NCBI GenBank assembly: GCA_964536865.1
Contig: CAZHYN010000003.1
Location: forward strand, 9,822-73,821
Origin: an uncultured Planctomycetia bacterium
Lineage (GTDB): Bacteria > Omnitrophota > Gorgyraeia > Duberdicusellales > 4484-171
Direction: 5' to 3'
Length of the DNA stretch: 64,000 nt
Positions 29,997-39,854 of this stretch are shown here, piece after piece. A model generated the notes under the pieces. It searched no databases, was not told where the DNA came from, and worked only from the letters and a program-made list of their open reading frames with translations. Made by a program: the position numbers and the translations under genes. How positions within the stretch are numbered: position 1 is the first letter of the stretch; each line of letters begins with the position of its first letter.

Positions 29997-31994
29997 TTAT
30001 CCTGTAAAAATCCTACCTATCTGATAGAGAAAAACACTTAAAACCCATCCTAAAATTAAACTGTAGGAAACTGCTAAAGCAGTCCATTTCCAGTTGGTTT
30101 CTTTTTTTATAGTAGCAATTGAAGCAATACAGGGAATATAAATTAAAGTCATTATTAAGAAAGCGTAGGCTGATAAAGGGGTAAACTGTTGCAATAAGAC
30201 TTCTTTTAAACCTTCCTCAGATGCTCCATATAAAGCCCCCAGAGTCCCCACAACAACTTCTTTTGCTAAAATTCCAAACAAAAGGGCAACAGATGCCTGC
30301 CAGAAACCGAATCCTGCAGGTTTAAATAAAGGAGCTAAAATTTTCCCTAACTTGCCAATTAAAGAGTTTTCTCCTGCATATTCAACCCCAAAAGGAAGAC
30401 TTGATAAAAGCCAGATAAATACAACCGCCAAAAATATAACTGTTCCTGCCTTTTTCACAAATAAAGAAGATCTCGTCCACATAGATAAAAAGACACCTCT
30501 TGGTGTTGGCACTCTGTAAGGTGGAAGTTCCATAACCAAAGGGGCAACTTCTTCTCTAAAAAATATATGTTTAAAAATTTTGGCTACAAAAATTGCTAAA
30601 ACTATCCCTAAAAGATATAAAGAGAATACAACTAATCCCTGATTCTTAGGGAAAAAAGCTGAGGCAAAAAGGATATAGACAGGAAGACGTGCTGAGCAAC
30701 TCATCAAAGGGTTAACCAGAATCGTTAAAATCCTATCCTTTCTTGATTCAAGAGTCCTTGTTGCCATAATTCCAGGAATATTGCATCCAAATCCTAAAAG
30801 CATAGGAATAAATGATTTTCCATGCAATCCCAAAGCATGCATAAATCTATCCATAACAAAAGCAGCTCTTGCTAAATATCCAGAATCTTCTAAAATTGAT
30901 ATCCCCAAAAATAGAAGCATAATATTGGGTAAAAAAACTAAAACTGAACCCACTCCACTAATTATCCCATCAGATACTAAAGAACAGAGCCATAAAGGAA
31001 GATTTTGATTTTCAAAAAATAGTTTTGCGTTTTGGGCTAATTTGCCAAAAAATCCATCAATTAAATCAGCAAGAGGTGTTCCCAGACTAAATACCAACTG
31101 AAACAATAAATACATAAAAAATAAAAATAAAGGGATTCCCAAGATACGATTGGTTAAAACTTTATCTAATTTATCAGAAAAAGTAAGGCGAGTCTCTAAA
31201 GAGATTTCTTTTTTAACACATTCTTTAACCATGCCTTTCAAGAAAGCATATCTTTTCTCAATTATAAATGTCTCTAAATCCTCTCCACTGATATGAGTAA
31301 TTTCTGTCTCTGCTTTATCTTTTATCTTTTCTATCTGGGGAATAACCTCTTTTACTTCATTTAACAGGTCAAAATCTCCCTCTAAAATCCTTAAACTCAA
31401 GCCTCTCTCAGGGACATCAAAAATCTTTTTATCTTTAAAAAGCTGACTAATTTCTTCTATTATTTTTTCTAAATCGTGATAATCTATTTTAAAGATTCTC
31501 TTTTCTTTTTTTCTTAAATTCTCTATAATCTTTTCTCTTAACTCTTTAATACCTTCTCCTTTTGAGGCAACAGTTTCTACAATATCTATTCCCAAAATTT
31601 TGGAAAGTTTTTGAGTATCAATCTTAATATTAGCTTTTTTTACTCTATCCATCATATTTAAATCTAAAAGAACAGGCTGTCCTATCTCTAAAAGCTGAAT
31701 TACAAGATAAAGGTTTCTTTCTAAATTTAAGGCATCAATTACACAGACAACTAAATCTGGTTTTTCTTTAATTAAGAAATCACGGGCTATTCTTTCATCA
31801 ACAGAATATACACTTAAACTATAAGTTCCTGGCAAATCCACAACCTCTATTTTCTCATCCTGATAAGTAAAATACCCTTGTTTTTTCTCAACTGTAGTTC
31901 CTGGCCAGTTCCCTATTTTTTCTCTTGCTCCACAAAGATAATTAAATACTGTAGTTTTCCCTGAGTTAGGATTTCCTGCTAAAGCAATCTTATA
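29997..31994 (-). CDS. feoB: ferrous iron transporter B
   Basis: N-terminal G-domain ([21 protein letters not shown]) plus a polytopic C-terminal permease. Start placed at MYKIALAG. Confidence 0.9.
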   Translation of the reverse strand, partial: YKIALAGNPNSGKTTVFNYLCGAREKIGNWPGTTVEKKQGYFTYQDEKIEVVDLPGTYSLSVYSVDERIARDFLIKEKPDLVVCVIDALNLERNLYLVIQLLEIGQPVLLDLNMMDRVKKANIKIDTQKLSKILGIDIVETVASKGEGIKELREKIIENLRKKEKRIFKIDYHDLEKIIEEISQLFKDKKIFDVPERGLSLRILEGDFDLLNEVKEVIPQIEKIKDKAETEITHISGEDLETFIIEKRYAFLKGMVKECVKKEISLETRLTFSDKLDKVLTNRILGIPLFLFFMYLLFQLVFSLGTPLADLIDGFFGKLAQNAKLFFENQNLPLWLCSLVSDGIISGVGSVLVFLPNIMLLFLGISILEDSGYLARAAFVMDRFMHALGLHGKSFIPMLLGFGCNIPGIMATRTLESRKDRILTILVNPLMSCSARLPVYILFASAFFPKNQGLVVFSLYLLGIVLAIFVAKIFKHIFFREEVAPLVMELPPYRVPTPRGVFLSMWTRSSLFVKKAGTVIFLAVVFIWLLSSLPFGVEYAGENSLIGKLGKILAPLFKPAGFGFWQASVALLFGILAKEVVVGTLGALYGASEEGLKEVLLQQFTPLSAYAFLIMTLIYIPCIASIATIKKETNWKWTALAVSYSLILGWVLSVFLYQIGRIFTG

Positions 31995-32211
31995 CATACT
32001 CAACAAAGATTTTAAAAGAGGCTCCTCTTCCCAAAGCTATCCTTGAATTACCTAGAGAAATCAAAATAGGCCCTCTTGTATTATTTAACACCTTTATAAT
32101 TTCTCCTTCATTTATTCCCATATTCATAAGTTTTAATACAAGGCCTCTTCCTCCAGCTATTCTTATAATTCTTACCAATTTATTCTCTTCTACCATGGAT
32201 AAAGGTATCAT
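31990..32211 (-). CDS. feoA: FeoA family protein
   Basis: 73-aa SH3-like FeoA ([38 protein letters not shown]). Confidence 0.75.
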   Translation of the reverse strand: MIPLSMVEENKLVRIIRIAGGRGLVLKLMNMGINEGEIIKVLNNTRGPILISLGNSRIALGRGASFKIFVEYV

Positions 32212-32435
32212 AAAATTTCAACAATTACTTTTTCTGCTTCTTCCTTTCTTAAACTTATATGAGTATTTTTTACCAAGACATCAAAAGGTGAGCCTAAAGG
32301 AGCAATTTTTTTTATCTCTACTGTTTCACCTTTTATAAATCCTAAACTTAAAAGTTTGCTTTTTAAAATGCCGGTATCAGTTATCTTCAATATTTTTGCT
32401 TTAGTGCCAACTTTTAAATCACTTAATTTAACCAT
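32208..32435 (-). CDS. feoA: FeoA family protein (second copy)
   Basis: 75 aa; LSDLKVGTKAKILKITDTG...LGFIKGETVEI. Confidence 0.75.
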   Translation of the reverse strand: MVKLSDLKVGTKAKILKITDTGILKSKLLSLGFIKGETVEIKKIAPLGSPFDVLVKNTHISLRKEEAEKVIVEIL

Positions 32436-32931
32436 ATTTAGAGATTTTGGTCTTTAAAGCTCTGATTTTACATCCAGGAGGTCTTTTTCTATGCTCAACA
32501 AAATAATAAAAGCTATCTAACCAATCGGGTTTGCCGTGCGGACAGGTCTCAATAAAATTTATAAACTTAACGATTCTCTCAAGTGTCTCTCTACTTAAAT
32601 AATGCTCAATTCTACAGGCATCTTCTTCTGAAGTTTTCTCGTTTATCCCTAAAATTTGATGGAAGAATTTCTTTAATGTAATATGTCTTTCGTAAAGTTT
32701 TTTAGCTAAATTAACACCTTCTTGGGTTAACTCAATATAGCCGTAATGTTGATGAATAACTAATCTTTTTTCTTTTAATTTCTCTAAAGCCTCGACAGCA
32801 GAAGAAGCTTTTACTTTTAGGTGTTTCGCTAAATCTTTAACCCTTGCCACACCTTTTTCTCCTCTAAGGATAAAAATCCCCTCTATATAGTCTTCTAAAG
32901 AAGGGGAAATACCTAAAACTTGAGCCTTCAT
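32428..32931 (-). CDS. DtxR/IdeR/MntR-family metal-dependent transcriptional repressor
   Basis: 167 aa with a winged-HTH N-terminus (SPSLEDYIEGIF...VARVKDLAKHLKVKASSAVEALEKL) and a dimerisation/metal-binding region. Heads the feoA-feoA-feoB operon. Confidence 0.75.
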   Translation of the reverse strand: MKAQVLGISPSLEDYIEGIFILRGEKGVARVKDLAKHLKVKASSAVEALEKLKEKRLVIHQHYGYIELTQEGVNLAKKLYERHITLKKFFHQILGINEKTSEEDACRIEHYLSRETLERIVKFINFIETCPHGKPDWLDSFYYFVEHRKRPPGCKIRALKTKISKYG

Positions 32932-32946
32932 CCTTCACCTCCTATA

Positions 32947-32979
32947 TTAGGATGTCCTAATTATATTAGGCTAACCTAA
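32947..32979. promoter_or_regulatory. tandem iron boxes in the dtxR-feo promoter
   Basis: TTAGGATGTCCTAA (32947-32960) and TTATATTAGGCTAACCTAA (32961-32979; 17/19 to the IdeR consensus). They lie 30-45 bp upstream of the regulator start codon. Confidence 0.65.
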
Positions 32980-33055
32980 CTTTGTCAAGAAAAAATTTGA
33001 ATACTTTCCCATTCTTTGTGCAACTTTTTTAAGATAAGAGAAGCTCTTTGAAAAG

Positions 33056-34024
33056 GTGGAGGTCTTAAGGGCAAAATGCCTGAATCCCTCATGCCCTATA
33101 AGGTCTTTTATCATACTTCCCGAAGGCATAGAGAAATTTGCCCGGGCCACAGAGAGACTAAAGAAGGAAGCGTTGTGTGGAATCATAAATGATAATTCCA
33201 CTACCCCCAGGATTTCCCGGCGCTTTGAAAGGGTGTTTAACACCACCGGCTCCAAGTCTTCCATTGACCGTTGGAAGCATGAGGCGGCGGATAAGCTGAG
33301 TGCCAAGGAGATCATCGCAAGATTGAACTTCTCCGGTATCCTCTGTATTGATGAATATAAACCCAAGCGGTATAAGGGCTATGACTTAATAGACTCTGAT
33401 GCTAAAACCTCAAGAATACTCTATCTTGAAAAGGCCTATGGTTTAGGCAGGGGCGTTGTCAAAGAGCATTTTCAGACAATAAAATCGCTGGGTATTGAAC
33501 CTTGGGCAATAATCTTTGATATGCGGGCCTGCTTCCCTAAAGCAGCCAAAACTGTCTTCGGCAAAGATATTATCATCCAGCATGACTACTTCCATGTAAT
33601 GAAGATAATCCACTACCACCTAAATAGGGCGATGGCTGAATATAGAAGAATCTTAAAAGAGCAAGGCATAGATACTTTAGATATCTGGCTTGCCCGCTGG
33701 GTTATCCTAAAGAATATGGAACGCTGGAGTTTTAAAGAGTGCAGAATCATCGAAAATCTTCTTGCCAAATATCAGGGAACAACCATTGAAGATATCCTTA
33801 TCTTAAAACAAAAGATTAGAGATATATTCATTGCGTCTAAAAGCCAACAGGAAGCCTATTTAAAACGGGATGCTCTTACCAAAGAAAACTGGTATTTTAA
33901 GAATAAACACTTTGCCAATATCATTAAATTCTTAAATACACCATACTTCAGATACATAACCACATTCTTAGATCATCCAGAGATACCCAAGAGTGGCAAT
34001 TCAGAGAATGTAATCCGTACCTGA
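33056..34024 (+). CDS. ISL3-family transposase, copy 1 (lacks the N-terminal zinc finger; stop before the conserved C-terminal peptide)
   Basis: ILCIDEYKPKRYKGYDLIDSD, the ISL3 DDE block. Ends ...GNSENVIRT-TGA, and the conserved C-terminal piece MEKVRYGF...KLYQIYRYLGGK continues in frame at 34031-34129. Confidence 0.6.
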   Translation: MEVLRAKCLNPSCPIRSFIILPEGIEKFARATERLKKEALCGIINDNSTTPRISRRFERVFNTTGSKSSIDRWKHEAADKLSAKEIIARLNFSGILCIDEYKPKRYKGYDLIDSDAKTSRILYLEKAYGLGRGVVKEHFQTIKSLGIEPWAIIFDMRACFPKAAKTVFGKDIIIQHDYFHVMKIIHYHLNRAMAEYRRILKEQGIDTLDIWLARWVILKNMERWSFKECRIIENLLAKYQGTTIEDILILKQKIRDIFIASKSQQEAYLKRDALTKENWYFKNKHFANIIKFLNTPYFRYITTFLDHPEIPKSGNSENVIRT

Positions 34025-34287
34025 AGGCAGATGGAGAAAGTAAGATATGGATTTAAGACAGAGAGAGGAAGGCAGAACCACTTGAAACTGTATCAGATTT
34101 ACCGCTATCTGGGAGGTAAGTTAGACTAGGGACAATTTTTCTTATCTAACTCGTTAATCATCAAGTAGTTATCGTGAAAAATTGCACAAAATTTAGAAGC
34201 TTTCCCAAATCTATCGCAAATATTTTATATAAGGCCCTTGCTTCTGTCATAAGTTAAGATAGCCTTCTTTTAAAAAGGAGGCTATTT

Positions 34288-35262
34288 ATGGGGAAAGAAG
34301 CAAGAGTAAAAGTTATTAAGAGTCGTGTTCCTAAATGGGTTATCTGCCCATTTTGTGGAGTAAAACAACCTTTTAAGAAAGAAAGAGGAAATTGGCGTAT
34401 GGTAAAAGATATTAACCTTGATAAATCTCTCCTTCTTAAGGTCCAAACTATTTATGCTAAATGCTTAAATCCTCATTGTCAAAGAAATAGCTTTGCTTTA
34501 CCAAATGGTTTTGAAAAATATCAAAGAGCAACAGATAGATTTAAACAAGAAGCTTTGAGTGGTTTAATCTGTGATAACTCTACCTTACCCAGAGTAGCTA
34601 AAAGATTTAATCGCATATTTAATACTACTGGCTCTAAATCTACCCTTGATAGATGGAAGCGCAAAGAGGCAGATAAATATGATTTTAAACAGATTATCTC
34701 TAAATTAGGTTTCGGTGGCATTCTCTGTATTGATGAGTATAAGCCTAAACGCTCTAAAACCTATGACTTAATAGCTTCTGATAGATTAACTGAGAGGATA
34801 CTCTATTTGGAGAATCTGCCTAAAATATATTCTCCTAAAGCAAAAGGTGGTATTGTTGCTAAAGGCTTAGTGGAAGATTTTGCTTATAAATTAAAGGATT
34901 TTGGCTTAAATCCTTTTGGGTGTATAGTGGATTTAGCCAGTGTCTACCCTAAACAGCTCAAAAAAGTTGAGCCTGGTGTAATTATCCAGTTTGATTACTT
35001 CCATATAGTTAAGATAGTATACTGGTATCTTAAGAATGCTATTAAGAGCTTCAGGGTATCCTTAAGAGAAACTGATGAAGTAGCTTATTCTGATATTTGG
35101 AAGCATAAATGGCGAATATTAAAAAACTTTGATAAACTATCCCTTAAAGAACATCTAATCTTAGAATACCTTATGAAGCGTTATAAGGCAACTTTAATAG
35201 AAAAAGTATTAATTTTCAAAGAGCAGGTAAGGGATATATTTAATTTATCTCAAACCCCTTAA
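34288..35262 (+). CDS. ISL3-family transposase, copy 2 (zinc finger present; frameshift and in-frame TAG before the C-terminal peptide)
   Basis: N-terminal CPFCG...C..HC knuckle and an ILCIDEYKPKRSKTYDLIASD block. After ...LSQTP the reading continues in the +1 frame, hits an in-frame TAG near 35441, then the MEKVRYG...KLYQIYHYLGGKV peptide runs to about 35536. Confidence 0.6.
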   Translation: MGKEARVKVIKSRVPKWVICPFCGVKQPFKKERGNWRMVKDINLDKSLLLKVQTIYAKCLNPHCQRNSFALPNGFEKYQRATDRFKQEALSGLICDNSTLPRVAKRFNRIFNTTGSKSTLDRWKRKEADKYDFKQIISKLGFGGILCIDEYKPKRSKTYDLIASDRLTERILYLENLPKIYSPKAKGGIVAKGLVEDFAYKLKDFGLNPFGCIVDLASVYPKQLKKVEPGVIIQFDYFHIVKIVYWYLKNAIKSFRVSLRETDEVAYSDIWKHKWRILKNFDKLSLKEHLILEYLMKRYKATLIEKVLIFKEQVRDIFNLSQTP

Positions 35263-35646
35263 AGAGGCTTATCAGAGAAGAGAGGAACTTATAAAAGAGC
35301 ATTACTGGAGAGATTCTTATCATTTATCTAAGATCGTTAAGTTTTTATCTACTTACAAATTTGAGTATATGATTAGCTACCTTAAATATCCTAATATACC
35401 CCGTTCAGGTAATTCTGAAAGCTATATAAGAGTATGGCGATAGATGGAGAAAGTAAGATATGGGCTTACCCCTAAAGGTAGACAAAATCATCTTAAATTA
35501 TACCAGATTTACCATTATTTGGGTGGAAAAGTTTAACAGACAAAAATTTTAAGCATAACTTACTGGTTATCAAAGAGTAAAAGATATTTTTTGCGATAAA
35601 ATTGGGAAAGCTTCGAAGGTCCACTATAGCTTTCTACATAACCTTT

Positions 35647-35761
35647 TATTCACCGCACCCTTTAACTCTACCTACTGTCATTTTAAAAACTTTAGTCTTA
35701 AACAACTCTTCTTTGACTGCTTCTAATCTATCTGGCTGAATAATAGCTTCTATTTTTTCAT
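35647..35761 (-). pseudogene. glnK: P-II nitrogen regulatory protein (GlnK/GlnB) remnant: frameshift in an A-run and truncation after about 38 codons
   Basis: ATG at 35761 with a GGAGGTG RBS. With one extra A in the A6 run it reads MKKIEAIIQPDRLEAVKEELFKTKVFKMTVGRVKGCGE*, a P-II N-terminus. The sequence ends 31 bp from the ISL3 IRR. Confidence 0.6.
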
Positions 35762-35780
35762 CTTTATTCACCTCCTTCGA

Positions 35781-37029
35781 TTAGAGTGCTTCTTCAGGAT
35801 ATGCTTCGATTCTGTGGATACTTAAATCTGCTTCCATTATCTCTTCTTGTTCAGAAAGTCTTATTCCTACAGTAGATTTCAATAGATAGTAAATAGTAAA
35901 TCCACTTGCAAGAGCAAAAACAATTGCTATTAAATTTCCTATAAGTTGAGCAGTTAAGTTTACTCCGTCTACTCCCCCCAAGTGCTTTTATTCCAAAAAT
36001 TCCACAGGCAATCCCTCCCCAAGAACCAGCTACACCATATAGAGGCCATACCCCTAAAACGTCATCAATTTTAAGAATTTCAGTTTCAATATGAAAATAT
36101 GAAAAAGTTTTACGAAGATTAAACCAGCTATTCCTTTAATAATTAAAGCACCGAGAGGATGTACCACATCAAATCCAGAACATATAGCAATAAGTTCAGC
36201 CAAAGCACCGTTATGGATAAAGGCAGCATCATTTTTAGAAATAATTAGTGTTACAACTATCCCACCTACTATTACTATAAGAGAATTTACTGCTACTAAA
36301 CTAGAGATGTTAGTCAATTTTCCTGTGCTCATCACATTAAAAACAAACCACCCTACACATAAAAGCCAACTTCCTAGAGCAAGAAAAGGTATGTTACTTA
36401 CCCTTGTAGGATGCTTCTTCTACCAATGTATCTCTTGATATGAGGATTTAAAAGGAAAATAGCAGGAAGAGCGAGCCAACTTCCCATAGAGTACACTACT
36501 ACTAAACCAGCATAATCATGAAAGGGAACGCCTGTTAGATTCGCTAACCATGAATCAGGTTGTCCTAGAAAAGTATTTTTTCCCTACACAAAGGATTCAA
36601 AAAGGGGATAAATAAATCCTACCAGTACTCCTCCTGCTAATGATTGAGCCCAGAATTTTGCTTGTTCCACGATTCCTCCTGAAATTATTGCTAGAATACA
36701 GGCAGCAAAAGTCAGTAGAAAGAAGAAATGGATAAGGTTAAATCCTTAACTTCCATTCAATAATTGCTGAGCAGTTTTAAAGAAAGAGATACCATAAGCA
36801 ATAGGGAAACTGATGAAAAAGTAAGCAACTGTAGAGATGCCCCAATTAATGATAATTTTTACTAAAGCATTAACTTGATTTTTCTTCCTTACCGAACCAA
36901 CTTATAGGAAAACAAAACCAGTATGTATAGAAAAAATTAGAGTTGCTCTCATTAATAGAAAAAAGATATTTCCACTATGGAGAAGGTTTCCTAAAGCCTT
37001 GGATAATGCACCTACATCCGTTTTTTCAT
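35781..37029 (-). pseudogene. amtB: ammonium transporter (Amt family) disrupted by frameshifts and in-frame stops
   Basis: Amt-like TM segments appear across at least 3 frames (WFVFNVMSTGKLTNISSLVAVNSLIVIVGG..., C-terminal GIRLSEQEEIMEADLSIHRIEAY). In-frame TAA/TAG stops are present, e.g. FL*VGSVRKKN where Amt has FYGGLVRKKN. The start needs A7 but has A6. Confidence 0.7.
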
Positions 37030-37385
37030 CTCTCTTTTACCATAAAATTGTAAGTATTTTTGCTTGTGTATTTAGAAAGTATAATTAATCTTTGGGTTAC
37101 CAATAATCCCTTTTCCATTATTTATTTCTTTTATCTCTTTTTATGTTTATTACATACATTTTTATCAGAATATTGAACCGGTTTAAAAGGATTATTTATT
37201 TGACTAAAATTCATATCTATTCTATATAAAAAATAAAAGCATTTTCTAAGCTATTTTTGCTTAAAAAAGGATGTCTCTGCCTAGCAAAAAAAGCCCACAC
37301 TTTCTCACTCGGCCCCCTTTGCCTTATTAACCTCTTTGTTACCTACCTTATAACATTTAAAGAACATTTTGCCAAAAGGAATCTT

Positions 37386-38087
37386 TTATTTTTTTCTTAC
37401 TTCATAGGCAACAATGATTGCTTCTGCGATATTCTTCATAGGCAGGCGTCTGTCCATACTAGATTTCCTAATTAAATTGTAAGCTTCCTCCTCTGTTAGA
37501 TTTTCCTCTTTCATAAGGATCCCTTTTGCTTTTTCAATCTTTTTTCGTGCCTCCAGTTCTTCTTGGATGATTTTAGTTTTAACCATAAGCTCTGTATTCT
37601 CAATTGCTATTGCTGCTTGATTTGCTACTGTACTCAAAAGAGCGATATCACTTTTTGTAAACTTGTAAGGAGTAGTTGTGTAGCAATTTACTACACCTAT
37701 TACTTTGTTCTTCACCATCATAGGAACACTTAACATAGAGATTAATCCTTCTTTTTTTGCTAAAGCCTTTTCCTTATATTTGGGTTCTTTCGACACATCT
37801 AAAATTACTATGGGTTTTCTTTCCTTTGCTACCAGTCCCACTATACCTTCTCCAACTTTTAGACTCCTTTCTTTCAGATAATCCTTACTCATTGCCTGTG
37901 TAGCTCTTATCTTTAACTCTTTGGTTTCATCATCTAAGAGCCAAAGAGAACAAATTTTTGTCTTCATCACATTGGCAGTCACAGTGACAATAAGTTTGAG
38001 AACATCTTCAAGGTAGAGATCGCTGGTTATTGCTTTACTTATTTTATTTAAGGTTTCTAAGTAGTTTTTATAAGAGACCTTTCTCAT
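37386..38087 (-). CDS. GAF-ANTAR RNA-binding antitermination regulator
   Basis: N-terminal GAF domain. The C-terminal EELEARKKIEKAKGILMKEENLTEEEAYNLIRKSSMDRRLPMKNIAEAII is a textbook ANTAR domain. It sits directly upstream of the amt leader. Confidence 0.75.
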   Translation of the reverse strand: MRKVSYKNYLETLNKISKAITSDLYLEDVLKLIVTVTANVMKTKICSLWLLDDETKELKIRATQAMSKDYLKERSLKVGEGIVGLVAKERKPIVILDVSKEPKYKEKALAKKEGLISMLSVPMMVKNKVIGVVNCYTTTPYKFTKSDIALLSTVANQAAIAIENTELMVKTKIIQEELEARKKIEKAKGILMKEENLTEEEAYNLIRKSSMDRRLPMKNIAEAIIVAYEVRKK

Positions 38088-38097
38088 TTTTCTCTTT

Positions 38098-38574
38098 TTA
38101 ATTAAAGAGGAACCACAACCTTATTACTCCTTGGGTAGCTAATTCTACTATGATTCCTGCCGTCATCACTCCTAGTAAGATGCTTAGTATGGTTTTTAAT
38201 ATATTGAATCTTAATAAGTTAGCTATAAAAGTCCCTGTCCAAGCTCCTGTAGTGGGAAAAGGAATACCTACAAAAAGTATTACTCCTATTACTCCATAAG
38301 TAGAGATGAGTTTTGACTTTTTCTCTGCAATAGTAAACCATTGTTTTAGAAAATTTCCTAAAAAGGGAACGTCTTTTAATTTGTGGAAGAGATAACTAAA
38401 AAATAGATACAGGGGAATAACTGGCAACATATTGCCGATAATAGAGAGAAGATAACTTTTTAAAGGAGAAAGTCCTTTAGCTATAGCAAAAGGGATAGCT
38501 CCTCTTAATTCTACTATAGGAGAAGCAGCTAAAGCGATTGTAATAATTTCACTTTCTTTCAACATATTTTCCAA
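38098..38574 (-). CDS. small membrane protein, possibly the small multidrug export (PF06695-like) family
   Basis: 158 aa, 4 TM helices, VELRGAIPFAI motif. The family assignment is tentative. Confidence 0.4.
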   Translation of the reverse strand: MENMLKESEIITIALAASPIVELRGAIPFAIAKGLSPLKSYLLSIIGNMLPVIPLYLFFSYLFHKLKDVPFLGNFLKQWFTIAEKKSKLISTYGVIGVILFVGIPFPTTGAWTGTFIANLLRFNILKTILSILLGVMTAGIIVELATQGVIRLWFLFN

Positions 38575-39199
38575 TTAAAGGAACAAAAATGCAACTTCCT
38601 GCACTTCTTCTCTTAACTTCTCTATCAGTGATTTTATCTGCTATAATAAGCTCTTGTTGAAAAGCGCCACCTATAGGCATTACTAATCTTCCCCCAATTC
38701 TTAATTGTTGTATTAAAGGAGAGGGGATATCTTTAGCAGCAGCAGTGACAATTATTTTGTCAAAGGGTGATTCTTCTTCCCATCCCAAAGTACCATCGCC
38801 TATCCTTATTTTTACTTTAAACCCTAAAGATTTTAAAATTTGCTGAGCTTTCTCAGCCAGTTGAGGAATTCGTTCCACAGTAAATACTTTACATCCTAAA
38901 TAGGCTAATATAGCTGACTGATAACCACTGCCTGTACCTATTTCTAATATTTTTTCATCTTTTTCAGGATCAAGGAGTTGGGTCATTAAAGCTACTATAA
39001 ACGGTTGAGATATTGTTTGTCCCCATCCTATAGAGAGAGGATAATCTCCATAAGCGTAGCTTCGTTTCTCTTCAGGTATAAAAAGATGACGCGGAATATT
39101 TTTAAAAGCTTCTAGAATTTTTTTGCTATTTATAGCTCGGGGTATCAATTGCTCTTCAATCATCCTTTTTCTAGAAAGCATATAGTTATTTTCTTTCAT
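38549..39199 (-). CDS. pcm: protein-L-isoaspartate O-methyltransferase (copy 2)
   Basis: ...QTISQPFIVALMTQLL...ILEIGTGSGYQSAILA... 216 aa. Confidence 0.8.
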   Translation of the reverse strand: MKENNYMLSRKRMIEEQLIPRAINSKKILEAFKNIPRHLFIPEEKRSYAYGDYPLSIGWGQTISQPFIVALMTQLLDPEKDEKILEIGTGSGYQSAILAYLGCKVFTVERIPQLAEKAQQILKSLGFKVKIRIGDGTLGWEEESPFDKIIVTAAAKDIPSPLIQQLRIGGRLVMPIGGAFQQELIIADKITDREVKRRSAGSCIFVPLIGKYVERK

Positions 39200-39854
39200 T
39201 GAGAAAAAATATGAACTTTAAGAATCTTACGGTATCCATTATAGGGTTTATTTTACTTTTGGCATTTTTAAAATAGATACTTTTTATGGGTATAGATTTT
39301 ATGTTTACTCCTTTTTTAGCAGCTTTTATAAGAATTTCTGACTCTATTTGATATTTATCGGTTTCTATATTTATCTTTTCTAACACATCTCTTTTAATCA
39401 AACGGAAACCACATTGTGTGTCAGGTATCCTTTGTCTTACCATTTTAGATATAAGCCACGACATCAACTTGTTGGTAAAAATCCGGATCTTAGGCATTCC
39501 TCTAGGATCATTCATACGATTACCTATAACAAAAGTTTCTCCTTTTTCGGCTTCCTTTAAAAATTTCTCTAAGTCTCGTGGAGAGTGTTGGTTGTCTGCA
39601 TCCATAGTAATCAAATAATCAAAATTTTCCTTATCTAAAAGGTATCTTATTCCTCTTTTTACAGATAATCCTTTACCAAAATTTCTTCTGTTTCTAATTA
39701 CCAATACACCCTTATCTTCTGCTATCCGAGAAGTATTATCCCAAGATCCATCATCTACTACTAATACAGATAGATATTTCTTCTTCAATTCATCTAGTAT
39801 TTGTCCCAAAGTATCCTCTTCGTTATATGCAGGAATTAATACCCAAACTTTCAT
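39186..39854 (-). CDS. family 2 glycosyltransferase (polyprenol-phosphate sugar transferase-like)
   Basis: VLIPAYNEEDTL...VVDDGSWDNT...DAD. Confidence 0.65.
   Translation of the reverse strand: MKVWVLIPAYNEEDTLGQILDELKKKYLSVLVVDDGSWDNTSRIAEDKGVLVIRNRRNFGKGLSVKRGIRYLLDKENFDYLITMDADNQHSPRDLEKFLKEAEKGETFVIGNRMNDPRGMPKIRIFTNKLMSWLISKMVRQRIPDTQCGFRLIKRDVLEKINIETDKYQIESEILIKAAKKGVNIKSIPIKSIYFKNAKSKINPIMDTVRFLKFIFFLNERK

Larger units (their letters stand above)
32999..35614 (+). mobile_element. two nested ISL3-family IS copies sharing about 31-bp terminal inverted repeats
   Basis: IRL1 32999-33030 (GAATACTTTCCCATTCTTTGTGCAACTTTTTT). Partial IRR1 34177-34192 (AAAAATTGCACAAAAT). IRL2 34196-34226 (GAAGCTTTCCCAAATCTATCGCAAATATTTT). 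IRR2 35584-35614 is its reverse complement. Copy 2 (1419 bp) sits in the terminus of the internally deleted copy 1. Confidence 0.6.

Noticed and set aside
30781-31008. 75-aa plus ORF inside feoB
   Set aside because: Antisense shadow.
34521-34721. 66-aa minus ORF inside ISL3 transposase copy 2
   Set aside because: Antisense shadow.
37257-37475. 72-aa plus ORF across the amt leader and the 3' end of the GAF-ANTAR gene
   Set aside because: Antisense/overlapping; no support.
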